Below are positions 37,674-47,166 of a stretch of DNA of 52,094 bases, piece by piece. This DNA is from a virus (lineage: Duplodnaviria > Caudoviricetes): the IMG/VR virus record IMGVR_UViG_3300042923_000131, positions 1 through 52,094 of that record, one strand, 5' to 3'. Position 1 is the stretch's first letter, and each line of letters opens with the position of its first letter. The position numbers and the translations under genes are program-made. Under the pieces are notes generated by a model. It searched no databases and was not told the DNA's origin. It saw only the letters and a program-made list of their open reading frames with translations.

Positions 37674-38165
37674 ATGATAGTTATAGTAGAAGGTATAGAT
37701 AGAGTAGGAAAAACAACATTATGTAATAAGTTAAAAAGTGACTTAGGCTTTAAAATTCTTAAAGATGAAGTTTTTAAGCCAGAACATTTCACGGAAGAAA
37801 TAATTGCAGAAAAATTCCTTACAACAGTTAATATGCTAAAACTCTTAAATAAAGATATTGATATAGTTATTGATAGATTTTATTTATCAGAAGCAGTGTA
37901 TGGTTTGATGGAAAGAAAGTATGATAGCAAGTATTTGAAAAAGATAGAGTTAGAACTGCTTAAGCTTGACGCTATTATTATATTAGTAAATCCAACAGAT
38001 ATTGAAGAATCAAGTAAAAAGCATGGAAAAGATTTAACTATACATAGTATTTTATTTAATCTAAGATTTGAAAAAATAATCTTAAGAAAAATTCTATGTA
38101 AATATGATAATTTTAAATTTGTTGTAGAGCATTTAAAAGACTTGAAAGTAAGTGAAAAACTATGA
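37674..38165 (+). CDS. dNMP kinase (thymidylate kinase-like P-loop)
   Basis: IVEGIDRVGKTT, IDRFYLSEAVYG. Confidence 0.8.
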   Translation: MIVIVEGIDRVGKTTLCNKLKSDLGFKILKDEVFKPEHFTEEIIAEKFLTTVNMLKLLNKDIDIVIDRFYLSEAVYGLMERKYDSKYLKKIELELLKLDAIIILVNPTDIEESSKKHGKDLTIHSILFNLRFEKIILRKILCKYDNFKFVVEHLKDLKVSEKL

Positions 38166-39061
38166 ATATGAAAGTGATATTAGGAGCAGGTTTATCAGGA
38201 CTAACTTTGGCTACTTGTTTTAAAAATAACTCAGCCATGATTCCAGTTTTATTCAGTAAAGATTATGGTGGACAGATGAAATCACCTTTTCCTTTAGGAC
38301 CTAGAATTTTACATAATAGTTCAAATAAAGTAATTGAGTTTTTAGATTATTTAGGAATAAAAGATAAGCCTAGAGATTTTAAAATAGGATATTACAAATC
38401 GTGTCAAATAAAAGGTGAAGCAACTGAAAGAGAAAGAATAGAGTATATTTTAAAAACAAGAGGAAACTCTAATATAATTGAAAGTTCAATGTCAGCAAAA
38501 GCTAGTACAATTAATGGTTGGGATATGAATGAAATAAATCTATTAAATAAAATGCTAGTAAAGATAAAGATAGTTAAAAGGCCAATTCATAGAGAACTGA
38601 TTGATGGATTAATAAGAATGGGTGGCAATGATATTTATTCAACTATAGATTATTTTGACTTAGCTAAAATGCTATCAGGTAGACCTTATAGAAGAGCTAG
38701 TATAGCTAAAGAAAAAGATGAAAGTTTTGTAGAGCAGTGTTTTTATTGTATAAAAGTAGATGATGATTCTTTTAAAGGGTATGATTATATTTATAATTTA
38801 GACCCAGAAGATAGCGTAAAAAGAATGACTAAGTTTATTTATGAAGGAGAAACCTATTGTATTTATGAAAGTATGAGACCAGAAAGTTTATTGAATGAAA
38901 TGTCTCATACATTCAGACCGATAAAAAAGCAGATACAAATAGTGCAAAATTTGAATGTAAATAATATTAAAGGAGTAACTTTAGTAGGAAGATATGCTCA
39001 AGTTGACCACTCAGTAAGAATAGATACAATAATAAATAAGTACTGGGAGAGTAAAGTATGA
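38162..39061 (+). CDS. FAD-dependent oxidoreductase, UDP-galactopyranose-mutase-like
   Basis: ILGAGLSG, YGG, GPRILH, STI, VGRYAQ. Confidence 0.65.
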   Translation: MNMKVILGAGLSGLTLATCFKNNSAMIPVLFSKDYGGQMKSPFPLGPRILHNSSNKVIEFLDYLGIKDKPRDFKIGYYKSCQIKGEATERERIEYILKTRGNSNIIESSMSAKASTINGWDMNEINLLNKMLVKIKIVKRPIHRELIDGLIRMGGNDIYSTIDYFDLAKMLSGRPYRRASIAKEKDESFVEQCFYCIKVDDDSFKGYDYIYNLDPEDSVKRMTKFIYEGETYCIYESMRPESLLNEMSHTFRPIKKQIQIVQNLNVNNIKGVTLVGRYAQVDHSVRIDTIINKYWESKV

Positions 39062-39615
39062 ATAAAAGTTGCGTAATAGATATTGATGGTGTACTGAATT
39101 ATTATCCTGAAACATGGTTGGATTTTGTAGCCGATAAGACAGGATTTTTTTATAACAATTTGCATGATATGAAAAATGAAATAAGTTATAATGAATACAC
39201 TAAATTAAAAGAAGAGTATCGAAATTGTGGAATTAAAGAGAATTTAAAAGTAAGAGAAGGAGCTGTAGAATTACTGGATTATTTAAAATCAATAGGATAT
39301 TACATAATTATTACAACAGCTAGACCAGTAAATTTACATCAAAATTTAATGTCTCAAACATCTAATTGGCTAAAAAAGAATAAGCTAGATTATGATAATT
39401 TATTCTTCTCTTTTAAGAAACATCTAACTATAGTAGAATATTTTAAAAGTATAGATTTTGCTATTGAAGATAATAGATATTATATAAACGATATAGCTGA
39501 AATGGGGTACAAAGGTTATTTAGTAGATAATATTTATAATCAAGGAGACGTGGAAGAAAAAGTAGTAAGAGTGAAAAATCTAAAAGAAATTGAGGATGAT
39601 TTAAAATGCCGATAA
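39058..39615 (+). CDS. HAD-family 5'(3')-deoxyribonucleotidase-like phosphatase
   Basis: DIDGVL, ITTAR, WL, K, IED. Confidence 0.85.
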   Translation: MNKSCVIDIDGVLNYYPETWLDFVADKTGFFYNNLHDMKNEISYNEYTKLKEEYRNCGIKENLKVREGAVELLDYLKSIGYYIIITTARPVNLHQNLMSQTSNWLKKNKLDYDNLFFSFKKHLTIVEYFKSIDFAIEDNRYYINDIAEMGYKGYLVDNIYNQGDVEEKVVRVKNLKEIEDDLKCR

Positions 39616-40640
39616 ATAATAACCTTAAGAAAAAAGATTTTCCAATGCGGTTGAAATTTGATAAAAGTCCATATACTTATTATCAAAATAATTTAGAATC
39701 AATAGATGTAAAGTTGATAATGGCTCCTAAATATGAAGATGTAAGAACTGGATGTATTGCTTTTGCTAACGCTACATGGGCTGACAGACCTTGGAATAAA
39801 AATGAAATTAATAAATATATGAGTGAAAAAACACAAGATAAATTTATGTATCATATATTTAGTAAAAAGATATTGCCGACAACTATGGAAACTATTCAGT
39901 TGACTTTTAAAATATCAGGAATAAGCTTACAAGAAGTAACTCATATTCTCAGATATAGAAATGCAACGTTTTCAGCAGAATGTTCTGGTGATAAATTTTT
40001 ACATGATAAAGGGTTTTTAATCCCAACGTCAATAGAGAACTCCAAAGAATTTGATGAAAGATATGTAAAAATATGCGAAGATGCTAAAGCGTTATATTGT
40101 GATATGGTAGAAACAAAAGAAATAAATATACACGATGCTAGATATATAATGCCAAGATGCTTAGAAACTTTTTATTTTATGAGTATGGATTTAAAAACAG
40201 CTTTACAATTTATATATGATAGAGTAGATAAACAGATTCAGCCACAAACTGATAATGTTTTAGCTTATCAAATGATTTCAGCCTTATGTATACAATATCC
40301 TATTTTAGTTAAAATTATAGGTAAAGATTTTATACACAGAAAGGCTGATTTTTATATAAATACAGCTAGACAATTTAGAAGTACAAACTGGTATTGTCCA
40401 GATAAAGACTCTGATGTATTTGAATATAACGAAGAAGATTTTATTTACGGTGATAAAAGACGTGATGAAATGCTAGGTTTGTGTGATGTATTATATCCAT
40501 CAAATGTATTCAAATTTATATTAGAAGATTTAGAAAAATTCTTAGTTAATTTAGAAAAGCATATTGATTCAAAATATGGTAAAGATTTTTTCAAAGAAGA
40601 TTTAACAAAAGAAGATATAGGATGGTGCTATAATATATGA
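39606..40640 (+). CDS. ThyX-like flavin-dependent protein with non-canonical active site
   Basis: TFKISGIS..THILRYR, DARYIMP, FIYDR..QIQ; RHR-X7-S motif altered to RYR-X7-C. Confidence 0.75.
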   Translation: MPINNNLKKKDFPMRLKFDKSPYTYYQNNLESIDVKLIMAPKYEDVRTGCIAFANATWADRPWNKNEINKYMSEKTQDKFMYHIFSKKILPTTMETIQLTFKISGISLQEVTHILRYRNATFSAECSGDKFLHDKGFLIPTSIENSKEFDERYVKICEDAKALYCDMVETKEINIHDARYIMPRCLETFYFMSMDLKTALQFIYDRVDKQIQPQTDNVLAYQMISALCIQYPILVKIIGKDFIHRKADFYINTARQFRSTNWYCPDKDSDVFEYNEEDFIYGDKRRDEMLGLCDVLYPSNVFKFILEDLEKFLVNLEKHIDSKYGKDFFKEDLTKEDIGWCYNI

Positions 40641-41407
40641 ATGTGAATAATTCAAATAGTGAGTTTCAAAACTTTAGTGAATGTGATTTAACAAAGCACT
40701 GGTCTTATTCTAATTACAATAGAAATTTAATGATGGCTAATATTATTAAAGATTTAGCTGATAAAAGAAGATATAATTTACCAAATATGATATTAGAAAT
40801 AGGAGCAGGAGATAGTCCTTTGGAATATATGAGCGTAGCAAATTTTAATACATATTGTACTGAATGGATTAAAATAGATGGTGATGCTAAGAGATATAAG
40901 GATGATGCTAGCATAAAGTTATTTGATATTGAAAGTAAAGACTTCTATAATTTTATACAGACTCTTAGATGTAAACCTAACGTTGTGGTAATGTCAGAAG
41001 TAATTGAGCATATGAGTTCAAAAGAATCAGCTAAAAAAGTTATAGAAAATTTGTATCATGTTATGGAAGAAGAAAGTTATCTTTTATTAACAACTCCTAC
41101 TCCACCTTTAGATGGTATATATGAAGAAAGAGTTTGGCCAGATGACCATGAATTTGAGTTTACATATGACGAGATATATGATATACTAAATATATACTTT
41201 AAAATAGAAAAAAAGATTGGATGGAGCTTAGAAGAGCGAGAGTATAATGATTTACTTAAGAATGATGAGTTTATTGGAAAAACCTATTTGAATTTAAAAG
41301 GTTTAATGCCAGAAGGATATATTAGAAGTTTGATATCTTTATTAGCGTATCCAGAAATGAATAGGCAAGTATTATTAGTATGTAGGAAAAGAAGGGTTAT
41401 TTTATGA
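40637..41407 (+). CDS. Class I SAM-dependent methyltransferase (small-molecule type)
   Basis: ILEIGAG, DGD, SEVIEHM, LLLTTP, HEFEF. Confidence 0.85.
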   Translation: MNVNNSNSEFQNFSECDLTKHWSYSNYNRNLMMANIIKDLADKRRYNLPNMILEIGAGDSPLEYMSVANFNTYCTEWIKIDGDAKRYKDDASIKLFDIESKDFYNFIQTLRCKPNVVVMSEVIEHMSSKESAKKVIENLYHVMEEESYLLLTTPTPPLDGIYEERVWPDDHEFEFTYDEIYDILNIYFKIEKKIGWSLEEREYNDLLKNDEFIGKTYLNLKGLMPEGYIRSLISLLAYPEMNRQVLLVCRKRRVIL

Positions 41408-44160
41408 TTGATTTACATAGACATGATGAGTATTCGACATTTGATGGATTTGGAAAAGCTAAGGAAATAGCTAAGATAGCAAAAGAATTAGGACATACTT
41501 CTTTAGGGATTGCTAATCATGGTAATACTAATGGATTGATTCAACATTATTATGATTGTAATGAACAAGGTATCAAACCAGTTCTAGGAGTAGAATGTTA
41601 CTTTCAGCCAGTATTTAATAAAGAAAAGCCAAGATATCATTTATGTTTATTTGCTAAAGATTTAGTAGGTTATGGAAACATAAATAGGATATTATATGCA
41701 GCTGAACAACATAAATATTATACACCTTTAGTACTGTTTGAAGATTTAGAAAAACACAGTGAAGGTGTAATATGTACATCGGCTTGTATAGCAGGAATAG
41801 TATCACAAGCTATTGAAAAAGGTAACATAGATTTAGCTGAAAAAGCTATGAAGAAATTTAAAAAGATATTTGGAGAAGATTATTATATAGAGATACAACC
41901 TTATAAAATTGATGAAATGAGAACACAGGAAAAAGTAAATGTAGAACTAATAAAACTAGCTGTGAAATTAAAGATAAAATGTATACTTACATCGGATAGC
42001 CATTATGGCTCGAGAGAAGATTTTGAAACGTATAAAGTAATGCATGAAATAGCTAAACATAATTATGATATAGAGGCAACTTATGGTGAAAGATTCATGC
42101 CAACAGAAAAAGAATTAAAAGTAAGATTTTATAAAATGCATAAGAAAGATTTTGGAGAAGAGCAAGCGAAGAAAATGTCTTTATCTATGATTAGAAATTT
42201 AGAACAAATAGAAGATAAAGTAGAAGATAATATTTTAGAAGGATTAGAGCTAAAGTTGCCTCAAATGTTTGAAGGTCATGATAGCTATGAGGTTCTTGAA
42301 AAAGAAGTTAGAAAAGGGTTAAAAGAAAAAGGCTTTGGGAAAAACAAAGTATATATAGATAGATGTAAAGCAGAGCTTGAAGTAATTAAGTTTCATGGTT
42401 ACTCTGATTATTTTCTTATAGTTCAAGATTATGTTGATTGGGCTATGAAAAGAGGAATTAACATTGGACCGGGTAGAGGCTCAATTTGTAATTGTGAAGT
42501 AGCTTATATTATAGGTATTACAACAGTTGATAGTATAAAGTTCAATTTAGAGTTTAGAAGATTTATGAGGATGGATAAGAAAAGCATGCCTGATATTGAT
42601 TTAGATTTTGAAACGAGCAGAAGACAAGAAGTAATAGATTATATGGTAGATAAGTATAAAGGACATGCAGCTCAAATATGTAATTACGGTTTGTATAAGA
42701 TAGATAATTTAATAAACGATTTGGCAAAAGTAAGTGGTTTAGTTGTCTCAGGTAAAGATGTGAGTGATGAAGAAAAGAAGTCAAGGAAGATAGAAATAGC
42801 GGCCATTAAAAAACATATAAGAAAATATGATGATGAAAATGGGATAGATTTTAAATCTTTAAAAGCAACGAAAGAGTTTAAATATTATGATAAAGAGTAT
42901 TACAATATAATGACTCATTTTTCTAAGCTTTATCAAAAAGTAAGATTCATAGGAACTCATGCTGCAGGAGTAGCTATAACTGGTGGTAATCTACTTGATT
43001 ATGTTACATTAAGGATAGATTCTAAAACAGGAAAGACGTTCTCAAATTATGATTTAGGTGATTTAGACAGAATCAAAATAATAAAGTTTGATTTCTTAGG
43101 ACTTAAAACTATGGAAGAGCTAGGAGAATTAAGAGTACTTGCGGGGAAAGATAATTATTTTGATATCTCAGAACATATCGAAGACGAAAAGATTAATGAG
43201 AGATTCAATAAAGGAGATACAACTGGTATATTTCAATTTGGTGCAGCTACTGCTAAGAACATTTTAATAGATATAGATTCAGATTGCTTTGAAGACATAA
43301 CAGCAGCATCGGCTATGAACAGACCAGGGCCATTAAGTTTAAAGATGCCTTTAACTTACTCAGAGAACAAATTTAATAAAGAGGAATCAATGGGAAGTAA
43401 GTATTGGGATTATACTAAAGAGACTTACGGAACGATAGTATATCAAGAACAACTTATGGCGATATGTACGAATATAGGTCAGATGACTTGGGGTGAAGCA
43501 GATAAAGTCATGAAGATTCAAAAGAGAAGTGGTCAGAATGCTGCAGCTCTTACAGGAGCTAATGCTAAAGTTTTAGAAGTAAAAGACGAATTGATAGAGA
43601 AGTTTGTTAAAGGTGCTATGAATAATGGCTATAAAGAAAAAGAAGCTTACGACTTTTTTCAAAATCTGTTAGTATATACTTTTAATAAAGGCCATGCAGT
43701 AGGCTACACTTTGATAAGTTTTGAAGCTATGTATTATAAAGTTTATTATCCAACAGAGTTTTGGTATACTAAAATTAAGTACGCTAAAGATGATGAAGAG
43801 ATATCAAGATTTTGTGTAAACGCAGTTGGAGACGAAGCCGTTGTTTTTTTACCACATTGTAATTATTCTCAAGCTAGAACGAGTATTAGGAGAACAGAGG
43901 GAGAAAACGTTATTCAACAAGGATTTACTAATTTAAAAGGAGTAGGAGAAAAAGCAGCAGAATATATAGTAGCTGAAAGAGATAAGAATGGTATATTCAA
44001 ATCGTATGATGATTTTTACGATAGATGTAAAAGCAGAACGGTTACGTCAAGAGTTATAGATATAATGAAAGACCAAGGTACATTAGAATTTAATAAGAAA
44101 ATATACATAAGTAGAGTAACTAAGTTTAATAGTGCTTTATATACAAGAGTTTCTAAATAA
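41404..44160 (+). CDS. dnaE: DNA polymerase III alpha subunit (family C)
   Basis: PHP HRHDEYSTFDG, GPGRGS, PDIDLDF, HAAGV, KFDFLGL, YQEQ, FNKGHA. Confidence 0.95.
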   Translation: MIDLHRHDEYSTFDGFGKAKEIAKIAKELGHTSLGIANHGNTNGLIQHYYDCNEQGIKPVLGVECYFQPVFNKEKPRYHLCLFAKDLVGYGNINRILYAAEQHKYYTPLVLFEDLEKHSEGVICTSACIAGIVSQAIEKGNIDLAEKAMKKFKKIFGEDYYIEIQPYKIDEMRTQEKVNVELIKLAVKLKIKCILTSDSHYGSREDFETYKVMHEIAKHNYDIEATYGERFMPTEKELKVRFYKMHKKDFGEEQAKKMSLSMIRNLEQIEDKVEDNILEGLELKLPQMFEGHDSYEVLEKEVRKGLKEKGFGKNKVYIDRCKAELEVIKFHGYSDYFLIVQDYVDWAMKRGINIGPGRGSICNCEVAYIIGITTVDSIKFNLEFRRFMRMDKKSMPDIDLDFETSRRQEVIDYMVDKYKGHAAQICNYGLYKIDNLINDLAKVSGLVVSGKDVSDEEKKSRKIEIAAIKKHIRKYDDENGIDFKSLKATKEFKYYDKEYYNIMTHFSKLYQKVRFIGTHAAGVAITGGNLLDYVTLRIDSKTGKTFSNYDLGDLDRIKIIKFDFLGLKTMEELGELRVLAGKDNYFDISEHIEDEKINERFNKGDTTGIFQFGAATAKNILIDIDSDCFEDITAASAMNRPGPLSLKMPLTYSENKFNKEESMGSKYWDYTKETYGTIVYQEQLMAICTNIGQMTWGEADKVMKIQKRSGQNAAALTGANAKVLEVKDELIEKFVKGAMNNGYKEKEAYDFFQNLLVYTFNKGHAVGYTLISFEAMYYKVYYPTEFWYTKIKYAKDDEEISRFCVNAVGDEAVVFLPHCNYSQARTSIRRTEGENVIQQGFTNLKGVGEKAAEYIVAERDKNGIFKSYDDFYDRCKSRTVTSRVIDIMKDQGTLEFNKKIYISRVTKFNSALYTRVSK

Positions 44161-44177
44161 AAAGGGAGAGTGTTCAG

Positions 44178-44378
44178 ATGAATAAATGTAGACATAGTGA
44201 TATTAATAATATGTGTATGCTTAAAATAAAGAATGAACAATGTATGTTTATTACACCAGATGAAAATAGATGCAGTGATGAACATGGTGGTGTTATATGG
44301 TATTTTAAAGCTATAAGAGCGTATGAAGACGTAAGAGAAAATCCTAAATATCAAGGAGATACTAATGGCCAAAACTAA
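44178..44378 (+). CDS. Small Cys-containing hypothetical protein
   Basis: SD GGGAG. Confidence 0.55.
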   Translation: MNKCRHSDINNMCMLKIKNEQCMFITPDENRCSDEHGGVIWYFKAIRAYEDVRENPKYQGDTNGQN

Positions 44379-45330
44379 TAAGGAAATGATAATGAAATTA
44401 TGTGCTAAGATTAATGCTAAAGAGGGTAAAGGTACTGTATATTCTTTGGGCTCTAAAGGTGCTGATTTAGACATTAAGCGTTGGTCAACAGGTATTGAGG
44501 ATTTAGATAATATAACTGGGGGTGGAATGCCTGAAGGAAGAGTCGTTGAGATATTTGGCCCAGAGGGTTCGGGTAAAACAACTCTATTATATCATTTATG
44601 TGGGTTACATAATTTGTGTTTAGATATTCCAGTAGAGGGTACCTTTGATGCAATGAGAGCAAGAGTGTTTGGTAACAGACCTAAACAAATGTTAATATTT
44701 AGAGCTAAGTATGGAGAGGATGCTTTTAATAAAACAATACAATTTTCAAGAGCGGGTATTCCTTTAATTGGAATAGATTCAGTTCCAAGTTTGTTACCTC
44801 GTGATGATGTTGAGAAAGTTTTAAAAGCGGCAGATAAAGATACAGTAGAAGAGCAGCGAATAGGGGGAACTGCTAGATTAATTAATAAGTATTTACCTAT
44901 AGTAGAAGAAATAATAGAAACTACGGGAACGACTTTAGTATTTATTAATCAAGTCAGAGATAAAATGAATGCTATGATGTTTGGAGAGAAAACAGATACA
45001 CCGGGTGGAAGAAAATTAAAACATGCTTGTTCTATGAGAATACAAGTTGCTCGTAGAGGTTGGATAGAGATACCAAATAAAGACCCTAAAAATTCAGCCA
45101 AGACCGAGAAGGTTGGAATGATTATGAAGTGTAAGGTAGTGAAGTCAAAGATATGTAATCCATATGGAGAGTGTGAGATTCCTTTATTTTTTGATAGAGG
45201 TTTTGTTAGCTTCTCAGAAGTAGCTAGCATAAGAACAGAGTTAATGAAAGCTAGTGCAGCCAAACATGGTAAAAGAGTTCCTAAAGGTTTTGATAACGAT
45301 GGTGAAGAAATAGAAAGTGAGGATTATTAA
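44365..45330 (+). CDS. recA: RecA-like recombinase
   Basis: STG..LD..GGGMPEGRVVEIFGPEGSGKTT, IDSV, FINQVR, TPGG..LK, KVVKSK. Confidence 0.9.
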   Translation: MAKTNKEMIMKLCAKINAKEGKGTVYSLGSKGADLDIKRWSTGIEDLDNITGGGMPEGRVVEIFGPEGSGKTTLLYHLCGLHNLCLDIPVEGTFDAMRARVFGNRPKQMLIFRAKYGEDAFNKTIQFSRAGIPLIGIDSVPSLLPRDDVEKVLKAADKDTVEEQRIGGTARLINKYLPIVEEIIETTGTTLVFINQVRDKMNAMMFGEKTDTPGGRKLKHACSMRIQVARRGWIEIPNKDPKNSAKTEKVGMIMKCKVVKSKICNPYGECEIPLFFDRGFVSFSEVASIRTELMKASAAKHGKRVPKGFDNDGEEIESEDY

Positions 45331-46163
45331 TGGCAAGCTTAATGGATAGTATAAAGAAACAAGCTGGCAAGAACGGAACTAAAATCCAAACGTCACAAGA
45401 TGCTGAACTAGAAAAAATATTAAATAGATTATTCTATTTAGATAAAAATGTAGAAGAAGAAACGAAGTTCGTTAAGCATGTTATGACAAGAGGGTTAGAA
45501 ACTCAAGAGAGAGTAGGTCTTCACGCTTCTGCTTTTATAGTGAGTGACAAAGAGTTCTGTATACGTAAACAAGTACTAAGTTTGATATATAAACAAGAAC
45601 AAGGACATGAAGTCCCAGTAGGTTTAAAACGTATATTTGAAGAAGGTAATTGTGTTCATGAGAAATGGCAAAGGTTATTTATTAGAGGTGGGTATTCAAA
45701 AACAGAAGATTTAGATTTTACAAGAATGAATGAAGAATATCATATAAGTTTTACACCAGATATAATTTGTAGGATTCCAGAGTTCCATGATGGTTTAATG
45801 ATAAGTGAAGTAAAATCAGTTAATACGTTTCAGTTCAAAAAGATGGACAAACATCCATCAGGATTTAAACAACTACAATGGTATATGTATCTTACAGGTA
45901 TTCATAAGGGGTTTACATTATGTGATGATAAGAACTGTCAAGACTTTAAAGCTATGGTCTATGACTATGACCCTAAAGAAGTAGCTACATATATAGAGAG
46001 AGCAGATGCTATCAATTACTATTATGATAAAGTTTACTTAGAAGGTAGAATGGTTAAACGTCATAAAGAAGCCACCTCTCCAAATTGTAAAAAGTGTAAT
46101 GATTGTGTAATGAAAGATGCATGTTGGAACGTAGGTAAAGGTAAAATAAAGTTAGGCTCTTAG
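45330..46163 (+). CDS. PD-(D/E)XK exonuclease (Cas4/RecB-like, 4 Cys)
   Basis: C.RK, GNCVH, TPD, EVKS, QLQWY, C..C..C....C. Confidence 0.75.
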   Translation: MASLMDSIKKQAGKNGTKIQTSQDAELEKILNRLFYLDKNVEEETKFVKHVMTRGLETQERVGLHASAFIVSDKEFCIRKQVLSLIYKQEQGHEVPVGLKRIFEEGNCVHEKWQRLFIRGGYSKTEDLDFTRMNEEYHISFTPDIICRIPEFHDGLMISEVKSVNTFQFKKMDKHPSGFKQLQWYMYLTGIHKGFTLCDDKNCQDFKAMVYDYDPKEVATYIERADAINYYYDKVYLEGRMVKRHKEATSPNCKKCNDCVMKDACWNVGKGKIKLGS

Positions 46164-46203
46164 TATTCTGAGAGTCTATATCTCTTTATTTAAAAGACTT
46201 TAT

Positions 46204-46809
46204 ATGTATAAGAAGATAATTATAGGGGTAGACCAATCATATCAAAATACAGGTATCTCAGTTGTTGTAGATGGACATATCAAAAATATAGGAAGTATAA
46301 ATTTGTCAAAAGTTGAGAACAATTCTGATAAAAGGATTATAATTAGTCAGAGACTAGAAAGACTTATAATCAATATGCTAGAAAAGAAACCAGATGAACT
46401 ATATATATTTTGTGAGAAAATAAGATTACGCTCTCAAGGTTTTATCAATATAGATTATATAAAATCAATAGGAGCTCTAAACGCTACAATAGTAGATATA
46501 GCTCATAAATACAATATACAAGTTTACTCAGCAGATACAAGGTCATGGAAAGCACAAGTTGTAGGAACAGCAAAACCTAAAAGTAATAATATTGGTGTAG
46601 ACCCGAATAAATGGCCAACAATTCAGTATTTAGTTAAATTGGGGTATCAGCATAAAATACTGGTGCCAGCTTCAAAGCAAAAGAAAAAAGGTGTATTTGA
46701 GATTGATGGAAAAAGGTATACGTATAATGACGATGCTGCAGATTCAGCATGTATAGCTTTGTATGGATTTATTCCAAAGAATAAACAGTTATTAAGCTTA
46801 GAACATTAA
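46204..46809 (+). CDS. RuvC-like Holliday junction resolvase
   Basis: IGVDQSYQNTG, CE, WK, DDAADSACIA. Confidence 0.8.
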   Translation: MYKKIIIGVDQSYQNTGISVVVDGHIKNIGSINLSKVENNSDKRIIISQRLERLIINMLEKKPDELYIFCEKIRLRSQGFINIDYIKSIGALNATIVDIAHKYNIQVYSADTRSWKAQVVGTAKPKSNNIGVDPNKWPTIQYLVKLGYQHKILVPASKQKKKGVFEIDGKRYTYNDDAADSACIALYGFIPKNKQLLSLEH

Positions 46810-46823
46810 AGGGAGGAATAGCT

Positions 46824-46988
46824 ATGTTAGATAGAAAAGTCAAAATATTAGAGCCATGTTTAAGAGGTTTTATGTATGGCTTTGCATATGTTTTAATAGT
46901 AAGCTTAATCTATAATTTATATATTTCAATAGTGTCAGCTTTAAACTTTATTATTGCTATTTTGATAGTAGCAACTATGTGGCGATAA
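46824..46988 (+). CDS. Small membrane protein (54 aa), not in the ORF track
   Basis: SD GGGAGG; MLDRKVKILEPCLRGFMYGFAYVLIVSLIYNLYISIVSALNFIIAILIVATMWR. Confidence 0.6.
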   Translation: MLDRKVKILEPCLRGFMYGFAYVLIVSLIYNLYISIVSALNFIIAILIVATMWR

Positions 46989-47067
46989 CAGATAAAATCT
47001 CCTATATATATTATTATTATATTATTATAGTATTAGTATTATATTTTTCACTTAATGAAAATAATAC

Positions 47068-47096
47068 TTTACACTTATGCAGATATATGATATAAT
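47068..47096 (+). promoter_or_regulatory. Sigma-A-type promoter
   Basis: TTTACA-N17-TATAAT, TG extension. Confidence 0.75.
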
Positions 47097-47166
47097 GATA
47101 TTAACAGCAAGATAGAAATTACTTAATGTGAAGAACACAAATACAGCGATATAGAATATCGAATAT

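Noticed and set aside
37284-44160. Known dZ (PurZ), 7-deazaguanine or hmC/hmU pathways
   Set aside because: No PurZ, QueC/D/E/FolE/DpdA or ThyA-fold hydroxymethylase is recognisable
45330-46163. Cas4 of a CRISPR system
   Set aside because: No array or other cas genes; the position between recA and a RuvC-like gene fits a recombination exonuclease
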